Shown here in pieces: positions 55,129 to 64,000 of a DNA stretch of 64,000 nt (position 1 is the stretch's first letter; every line of letters begins with the position of its first letter). The DNA comes from Octopus vulgaris (Eukaryota): the NCBI GenBank assembly GCA_951406725.2, contig OX597814.1, forward strand, positions 167,834,001-167,898,000, in the 5' to 3' direction. The notes under the pieces were generated by a model. That model saw only the letters and a list, made by a program, of their open reading frames with translations. It made no database searches and had not been told where the DNA came from. A program made the position numbers and the translations under genes.

Positions 55129-56689
55129 AAGTTAGCTTCTCAAATGCTAGTGGTATGATAAAAATTTTCCCAGTTCACATTGTAAGGCATACAGAAAAAT
55201 GATGTTGGGTAGTATGGTTACTATGTATGCAAAATGATGCAAACTGTAACAAGTGGCTAGTCCCATCCGTCATATTCTGATATGGAAAAAAATGGACTCA
55301 AAACGATGGTGGCAGCGTCAGTGGTGATACTGATAATGGTAATGTTCACACATACCTTTTTCTTTGAAGAAACTTACATAACTAATCTGAGAAAGAATAT
55401 ATTGCTTTAAAAAAGTTTTTAAATATTCAAAGATTTTAAACTAGCACTGTATCTTATTATGAATTAAACATTTTATATATATAGGTGCAGGCATGATTGT
55501 GTAGTAAGAACTTTGCTTACCAACCATATAGTTCCAGATTCAGTCCTATTGCATGGCACCTAGGCCAAGTGTCTTCTACTATAGCACCAGGTTGACCAAA
55601 ACCTTGTGAGTGGCTTTCATAAATGGAAACTGAAAGAAGGCCATCATATATATTTCTATGTGTCTTTATGTCTGTATCAGTCACCTACCACTGCTTAACA
55701 ACCAGTGTCAGTGTACTTACATCCCCATAACTGAGCAGTATGGCAAAACAGACTGATAGAATAAGTAACCGGAATAAAAAAAAATTAAGTACCAAGGTCA
55801 TTTCGTTCAGCTAAAATTCTTCAAGGCATTGCCCTAGCATGGTCACAGTCTAATGACTGAAACAGAAGATAAAAGAAGATATATTTATATGGTACCTGGA
55901 GATAAAAAGAATGGAACAGTTCAATGATTGTGTAAATTGAAGCAGTGCAAAAGATGATTGAATAATCTGATCAATACTTTCTGTACTACATGTAGCACAT
56001 CTCTGAAATGCAGACAAGCAATTGTCAGATGTTAATGAGAAGACAAGTTGTAATGCAATTCTAGCTTCTACTGATCAGAAATTGTTTGGGATTTTTCATT
56101 ATTAACCATAACTACATTTTCAGAGTGCTATTATTACATAATATATTGGCGAGCTTTATTGATGATAGACAGACAGTCTAATAATATGAATATGTTAAGG
56201 TTAAAAGTTGAAGATGTTTTGCAATTAAATAGTAGATTAGAGTAAGATTAGAAGAATGATTGCATCACCATAGCAACGAGTATGATTGGAAGTAATATAC
56301 AAGAGATCATTTGTTTAATGGGGATGGAAAGGGTCAAGGAGTTGACATATCCTAGGGAAACATCGGTCTTGTTGAGGTGGGGTTGGTGAAAGTGGTTACT
56401 TGATACATATGCTGACATGAAATTCACACTTTCTACTTTTAAAGAAATCCTAGGTGCAGGTGTGGCTGTGTGGTAAGAAGTTTGCTTCCTAACCACATGG
56501 TTTCAGGTTCAGTCTTACTGCATGGCACTTTGGGCAAGTGTCTTCTCTAACCTTGGGCCAAGCAAAGCCTTGTGAGTGGATTTGATAGATGGAAACTGAA
56601 AAAAGCCTATCATATATATATATATATATATACATACATATGAGTCTTCTGAAATGAATTGATAGGTTCGCATATAAAATCTCAAGATA

Positions 56690-56779
<90 letters not shown>

Positions 56780-58766
56780 GAAATTATGCTCATGTGACAT
56801 AAATGCAAATTTAATGTACAAATTTGTAATTGAATTATTGAGTATTAATTGAAACGGCTGTAAGAAGCGAAGGTGACCAATTTGTTGATAATGAATAATT
56901 GTTAACTTCCTTGTCTCCATTAACATATACTTATTGTTTTAAGGGAATTTCATGCCCCAACAATACTAGGTATTGAACCAGTATTTCTTTGGATGCAACA
57001 TTCCCTTCACAAGGTTAACATATCCTCTAATTGTGTGTGTGTGTGTTTATGTATATGTTTGACCCCCACCACTGCTTGACAACCAGTGCTGGTGTGTTTA
57101 CATTCCTGTAACTTAGCAGTTCAGCAAAAGAACCAATAGAATAAGTACCAGGCTTTAAACTAAAAATTCTTCAAGGTGATGCCCCAGCATGGCTGCTGTC
57201 TAATAACTGAAACAAGTAAAAGATATAGCATATTGGCACTTGTGGTGTCTAGGCATTTATGTGACAATATCTCACTTTATGTCTATATCTCTATAGAGGA
57301 ACATTAAGATTTCTGTTGTCCATAGCCATAGCTCTTTGAAACTCCTTTCAATGGTACTAAGAGAGGTTATTGTTTAGTCTCAGATCTGACCTGATTGAGC
57401 AAACCTATGCATTCCAATCATGACAATCACACTTTTTTTTTCCGTGTGCCGGTGGCACGTAAAAGCACCCACTACACTCTCAGAGTGGTTGGCGTTAGGA
57501 AGGGCATCCAGCTGTAGAAACTCTGCCAGATCAGATTGGAGTCTGGTGCAGCCATTTGGTTCACCAGACCTCAGTCAAATTGTCCAACCCATGCTAGCAT
57601 GGAAAGCGGACGTTAAACAATGATGATGATGATGTGTGCATCCAGAATCACGTTATCCAATGTATATTTCTCCTTTTTAAGATGGATTTTAGGATTTGGC
57701 TTCTACTTTTAGCAGGTTGAAACCGTATAGGAACTCCCTTATTTTTGGCACAAGGCCAGCACTTTCGGGAGACAGAGTAAGTCCATTACATCGACCCCAG
57801 TGCTCAACTGATACTTATTTTATCAACACTGCAAGGATGAAAGGCAAAGTCAACTGACATAATTTGAACTCAGAACATTAAGACACATGAAATGCCACTA
57901 AGCATTTTGCCCTGTGTGGTAACAATTCTGTCAGCTTGCAGCCTCCTCCTTGTCTAATATTGATACTACTTGGCTACAGTAAAATATTTGAGGTGAAAAA
58001 GCCAGTGGTTAGTTTTAATTATTCCCAACATATTCAATGTGTATTTATGATATAAAACTAATTAGATGTTTTAAAGAAGTTAACATTTTTGTTGATTAGA
58101 CACACTAATGTGTGCTTTCCTATTCTGGTGCAGATACCTTTGGAGAGGAGGAAATTACATATAGTTTTGTGCATAATGAGACCCTACTTAGGAAAATAAT
58201 ATTTAAAGGGTGATGTTTGATATATCAGGGAGAAGACCTGTCTCTTAGTTTTGTACTGAGAGGCCAGAGGAGATGTTGCACTTGGCAACTGTAAAAAAAA
58301 GAAGTGATAGGCTGGGAGAGTTTATCAAAGGAATGTATTAATAGTAGTGGTGGTGATGGTGGCTTTTATGGAAGTGGTGGTGGTGGTAAAATGGGTTTGT
58401 TTTGTTTATGTAGCAAATAATTAAAGGCAGAACAGGAGACAAATATGTTGGTTTTTTTTCATTGGGTAGTGGAAAAAGGTTGTTTTCATACATGTCTGTA
58501 TTTCATATTTTAGTTGATGTTTAACCTTGTTTTTAGATGTTGATTTTTCTTTTCTTTTCTTTTTTGTTTTTTGGTGGAGGGTTATGTTAGAGTTCACTAA
58601 CATTTCACTTTCTGCTAATTTACTGGCCATTTCTTTGAAGAGTTTGATTCCATGTAGTTGGAGTTATTAACTCCATACCTTCCTGTACTGTCAGAGTTGT
58701 TTTACTACAATTGTAACAAATTATAACAGAATTAGTCATTCCATTATACTAAGAAACCAATTATCA

Positions 58767-58795
58767 AAATTTTAAATTCAGAATCCTTTTTTTTA

Positions 58796-58875
<80 letters not shown>

Positions 58876-60923
58876 CCCTCTGGTTTTTGACTTTCTTGAA
58901 GAAATGTTAATTGTTATGAAAATATTGGATAACTACATGTACATAAATGTCACAGTCATAAATATTTTGTCCTGTAAAACTAAGCTCCATAATTAGATTG
59001 AGGATATTTTTCAGCAACTTGGAATACAGATAAAAACTGACTAGTTTCACAATTGTTATGACTCATCAGGACTTGCCACTCCATCCCAAATGCAGAGCTA
59101 TGTATTAAAATGCAAGCAAGACTGTGCTGGTCACAGCTTAATTACTTAATGTTACAAGGTTAATAGTCTAACATTAATTCTTGGATTGGGCAGCATACAA
59201 GGGGGTGCTGAAAAGTTCCTGACTTTAAGGGTATCATGAAAGGCCTGGTTGGAGGCCCAACCTTCCCAGTTCTTTTACTGGGCTTAGAAAAACTGAAGGA
59301 CCACTGCAATAAGTGTGTAAATCTGAAAGGGGAATGTGTTGAATAAAATCATAATTAACTGATCTTCCTGTATTGTCTTTTACTCAAAGCCAGGAACTTT
59401 TCACTGCCTCCACATATAGTGTCCTCAAGCAAGGCATTTTTTCTCTTTTTATGCTGCTCCAGTCTACTCACAGCCAAGTTCTGGTGTAGCCTTCTCTCCC
59501 TCCAGATATTACATCCTGGATACTACACTGGGGAAGTGTGGGAGAACCAAGAAGGTCTGTACCTGCTTGCAAGCACTTAAAAACAATTACGGCATGGTAC
59601 ATGCTACCAAGTCATTCTCAGTTCTGGGTGATGACCATAGATTAAACCAATACAGAGGAGGTTTTGAATAAATATTTATTTATGAGATGCCATATCTATG
59701 TATTTAATGTTACTGTGAAATTAAGTTCAATGGTTACACTAAAGGGAATACTTTTTCAGCTACTTGGAATGAGGACCAAACCAACTATTTTCACCATCAT
59801 TTTGGCTCTTCGATATTTGCTTACTCTCAAGGTGCTAAGTAACTAAAAGTTACTTATTAAATGTAAGCAAAGATTGTCAGACACAACTAAGTAACTTTTA
59901 GTTACTTAGCACCTTGAGAGTAAGCAAATATCGAAGAGCCAAAATGATGGTGAAAATAGTTGGTTTGGTCCTCATTCCAAGTAGCTGAAAAAGTATTCCC
60001 TTTAGTGTAACCATTGAACTTAATTTCACAGTAACATTAAATACATAGATATGGCATCTCATAAATAAATATTTATTCAAAACCTCCTCTGTATTGGTTT
60101 AATCTATGGTCATCACCCAGAACTGAGAATGACTTGGTAGCATGTACCATGCCGTAATTGTTTTTAAGTGCTTGCAAGCAGGTACAGACCTTCTTGGTTC
60201 TCCCACACTTCCCCAGTGTAGTATCCAGGATGTAATATCTGGAGGGAGAGAAGGCTACACCAGAACTTGGCTGTGAGTAGACTGGAGCAGCATAAAAAGA
60301 GAAAAAATGCCTTGCTTGAGGACACTATATGTGGAGGCAGTGAAAAGTTCCTGGCTTTGAGTAAAAGAAAATACAGGAAGATCAGTTAATTATGATTTTA
60401 TTCAACACATTCCCCTTTCAGATTTACACACTTATTGCAGTGGTCCTTCAGTTTTTCTAAGCCCAGTAAAAGAACTGGGAAGGTTGGGCCTCCAACCAGG
60501 CCTTTCATGATACCCTTAAAGTCAGGAACTTTTCAGCACCCCCTTGTATGCTGCCCAATCCAAGAATTAATGTTAGACTATTAACCTTGTAACATTAAGT
60601 AATTAAGCTGTGACCAGCACAGTCTTGCTTGCATTTTAATACATAGCTCTGCATTTGGGATGGAGTGGCAAATCCTGATGAGTCATAACAATTGTGAAAC
60701 TAGTCAGTTTTTATCTGTATTCTAAGTTGCTGAAAAATATCCTCAATCTAATTATGGAGCTTAGTTTTACAGGACAAAATATTTATGACTGTGACATTTA
60801 TGTACATGTAGTTATCCAATATTTTCATAACAATTAACATTTCTTCAAGAAAGTCAAAAACCAGAGGGGGGGGGCAGAGAGAGAGAGAGATAACAAAAAA
60901 AAAGGATTCTGAATTTAAAATTT
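58767..60923. repeat. Long near-perfect inverted duplication (arms 58767-59856 and 59888-60923, 31-nt spacer)
   Basis: Arms are reverse complements over ~1 kb. Identical ORFs at 59664-59846(+) and 59898-60080(-). I saw three substitutions plus differences in and around the (CT)n tract. Confidence 0.97.
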
Positions 60924-63860
60924 CTTTATTATTTTTATTTCTTTTTATTTTAATTTACATATATATTATTTGGAATGCAAGGATGGTTGTATAGTTAAAA
61001 ACTGCCCTTCACAGCCAGCTGATTTCAGGTTTGATCTTGTGGCAGAACACATTATGCAAGTGTATTCTATCAAAGCCTTGTAATTGACATTTGGCAGAGA
61101 AAAATTTGTGCAAAAGTCAATGAATGGACTAAGCACAGATAGCTTAATGGATCAGGTACCAAACATCTAGATGAAAAGCCAACAGTTTATCTTGTTCATG
61201 GCATCTGCTATATTTATGATGCTTAAATCAAAATGGTCTGGTTCACTTGGCTGTAAATAGGTGACAAGTTTAGTTATTTCCATGATAGAGGAAGAGAAAA
61301 CTTTTGAAGAAGATAATGGCAAATCATTTTAGTAATGTGGTAGGAAATACTTTGGGGTATGGATATTCCATGAGGCCATCAAAAGTCAAGATATCAGTTG
61401 ACTGTTCCACCTCACTATATTCTTTTAAAGATTAGAGAAGTAAAGTAGGGAGCTGTTGTGAAACCAAGACAATAATATTCTTTTGATTCTGAGCTTTAGC
61501 AATTTAATTTCTTTTAGACTACTAATGTTCTCACCCCTCTTCTCCTCTAGGAAAAAAATGCCTTTTACAATTTCTCTCCAGAAATGGATGCTAGTTAATC
61601 AGGGGTTGATTAATCGCTTTGATTGTGGAAAAATAAGAAACTGACAGAGTTGGGATAAAACAGATATTTATTGCAAAATCTTTTATAATCATAAATCAGC
61701 ATATTAAGTTTGCTTCTCAACCACATAGTTCCAGGTTCAGTCCCACTGCATGGCACTTTGTGCAAGTGTCTTTTTTGTCGCCTCGGGCCTTTTGAATGAA
61801 TTTGGTTGATGGAAACTGAAAGATGTCTGTTGTATACATATATATGTGGGGTGGTAGTCTGTGTTTGTCCCCTACCACCACTTGACAATGGTGTTGGTGT
61901 GATTATGTGTCCAACAGTTTGGCAAAAGAGACCAGTAGAATAAGAACCAGGTTTAAAAGAACTAAGTACTGGGGTTGATTCATTCAACTAAAATCCTCAA
62001 GGCAGTGCTCCAGTGTGGGCACAGTCTAATGACTGAAACACAGAATTAGAAGAATGCTTTTTTTTTCTTAATCTTAAATACATTACCTGTACTGAATATC
62101 TTTAAACAAGATGCATCATGGAAAATTGGGTGCTTGGTTTGTTGGTTGGTTGGTTGGTTGGTGGGGGGTGCCCCCATTTTTCTACATATTTCTGTTTCCA
62201 TTTTTTATTATGTTTTTATTTTATGTCTCCTGATTACCACTGTTGTATATATGTAATTACACAAACAATTTAGTTGTGTGGCACTAACTTTTTTTTTTTT
62301 TTATGTTAAACATACACATAGTTTTGTACTTGTAATGGTTTCCAATTTGGAAAGCAATCATTTCCTGATATATTAAGTAAATAAGCAATCATGTAATTTG
62401 ATATTAGTTATTATGCAAAACAAAGCCCCTCAGCTACAAAATACAGTCATTAGTCTCCGTGTGAAGAGATTGTGTGTGTGTGTGTGTGTGTGTTGTGTTT
62501 GTGTGTGTGTGTTGTGTTTTATTTATTTATTTTGGCTAATAATATCTGGGTTATTTGTTACATTTTGATGAAACTGATCTTTTTTTTTTTTTTAAACTCA
62601 GTACTAATTGCAGATGCTATTAAAATATTATTTTGCAGATTCCCAATTTCCCCTTCCTACCATGCATTTTCCTTTGCTACTATATCATGTTTTCGTATCA
62701 TATATTAGCTTGATGGTTTTTGTATTGTTGAAATTTCATTTGCTTAGTTATGTGTGTATATATATTTGGTTGTCAAATCTTTTTGCTTGTTACTTTCCCT
62801 TGGGAATTCTCAACTAATTTAATATGTGCTTAATAAGTAAATACATTAAATGCTATCATTTGTCAAATGTTTATCATAATATAAAGTAGGTGGTACTTTA
62901 TCTTGTGCATGCATGGAATGAGAATGCTATTTTGACAAAATAAATATTTCCCATACATTATCTTAATTACTTTTAGGAGTCACTGGTTGCCAATACAAAT
63001 TAATCTACAGTGAGAATATATTAGTTGAATGTTTCTACACATACAGGCATTTTATTTACCAATGCAATGCCTGTTCTTTAGTCTTCATCTAATTTCTACA
63101 GATATTTCAGTAAAAGCTATTCTTAAATTTCTATTAATGAAATCCATTCCAGGAAAATTAGGATTAAAAAAATGCCAAGTTGCTACATTCTTATGTATAA
63201 AAATAAAGTTATTGTGTTTGAGATTTGGTTTAGTTGTTGAGGGTGTATTGTTTTTGTAAGAAGTATTTTGACAGATATTTTTAGTTGTTTATTAATTTAT
63301 ATAGAATAAAGAAACAGTGAAATCCTTTTTAATGAGTTCTTCGGTGGAATGAAACATTTATTATCATGCCAAAGACTATATTTTCAGTTTAATTTATGCA
63401 ACATTCCAAGGAATGTAAAGACAAAAGATTTAATAGAAAAGAAAGTCATGTTAAATCATTCTGTTAGAATGCTACTAAACTAGTTACTCATTCTGTGGAT
63501 ATCTTTTCACCCACTGGGGTGCCTTCAGATTCATACAAAGCATATAGGGCAGGTTAACCTGGCAGATCCCATCCTTTTGCAGACTGTACTGAAGAAAGGA
63601 TGTGAAGTCAGTATTTAAAGCCAATAAAATACTTTCTCCTTTATAGCTTACCCTCTCAACATATGGGGATGAACTGCACCTTCTTAATGTACCAATTTAC
63701 ATCTAGGTGTACTAGGCTTTGAAAGTTTAAGTATTTTTCCTTGAGGTACAAATATGAACCCTTTGATCAGCCAACTCCTTGTGGCTGAAACTGTCAATTA
63801 TATTAACCACTTAAATGTTTATTTTATCTTTTATACACACATTGTATGTTTGTTATAAAC

Positions 63861-64000
63861 CAGGGGTCACCAAACTTTTTCAACCATTGACCCATTTTAG
63901 CCATTTCTCCTTTCACATCGACCACTCTCCTCATTTAAAATATCTTAATATCATACCCTACCATACCATATCTTAAATGCGTATCAGGTACTGATGCTGG
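63861..64000 (+). mobile_element. hAT (Charlie-like) element start, cut by the window end
   Basis: caggggtcaccaaactttt terminal motif after ttataaac. Confidence 0.5.

Noticed and set aside
56118-56245. Candidate next ASCC3 exon (tttcag followed by YYY)
   Set aside because: The translation does not resemble the expected Sec63-proximal sequence and ends in a stop without a good donor.
59664-60080. Two identical 60-aa ORFs on opposite strands
   Set aside because: By-product of the inverted duplication, with a TTG start and no recognisable domain.

Overview
AT-rich, microsatellite- and SINE-dense eukaryotic genomic DNA. The repeat families point to a coleoid cephalopod, most likely Octopus; this is inferred from recalled repeat sequences, not from a search. 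The window appears to lie inside the + strand gene ASCC3 (Ski2-like helicase). Only one 126-nt exon (5112-5237) is visible, followed by an intron of more than 58 kb. Nested antisense in that intron is a complete 6-coding-exon gene (15744->12195, 330 aa) that I spliced by hand. It encodes a type I membrane protein: signal peptide, 8-Cys SUEL/Gal-lectin domain with non-canonical sugar-binding motifs, CUB domain, stalk, TM helix and a short tail with YSNF and a terminal IEI. Other notable structures are a ~2.15 kb near-perfect inverted duplication (58767-60923) with small hairpins at its centre, a spacerless 267-bp palindrome, and several Penelope-type minimal hammerhead-ribozyme-like motifs. The rest is decayed transposons: SINEs, RTE and CR1/Jockey-like LINEs, Penelope, mariner, Helitrons, and hAT and piggyBac MITEs. 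Almost all listed ORFs are repeat artefacts. Repeat boundaries are approximate.
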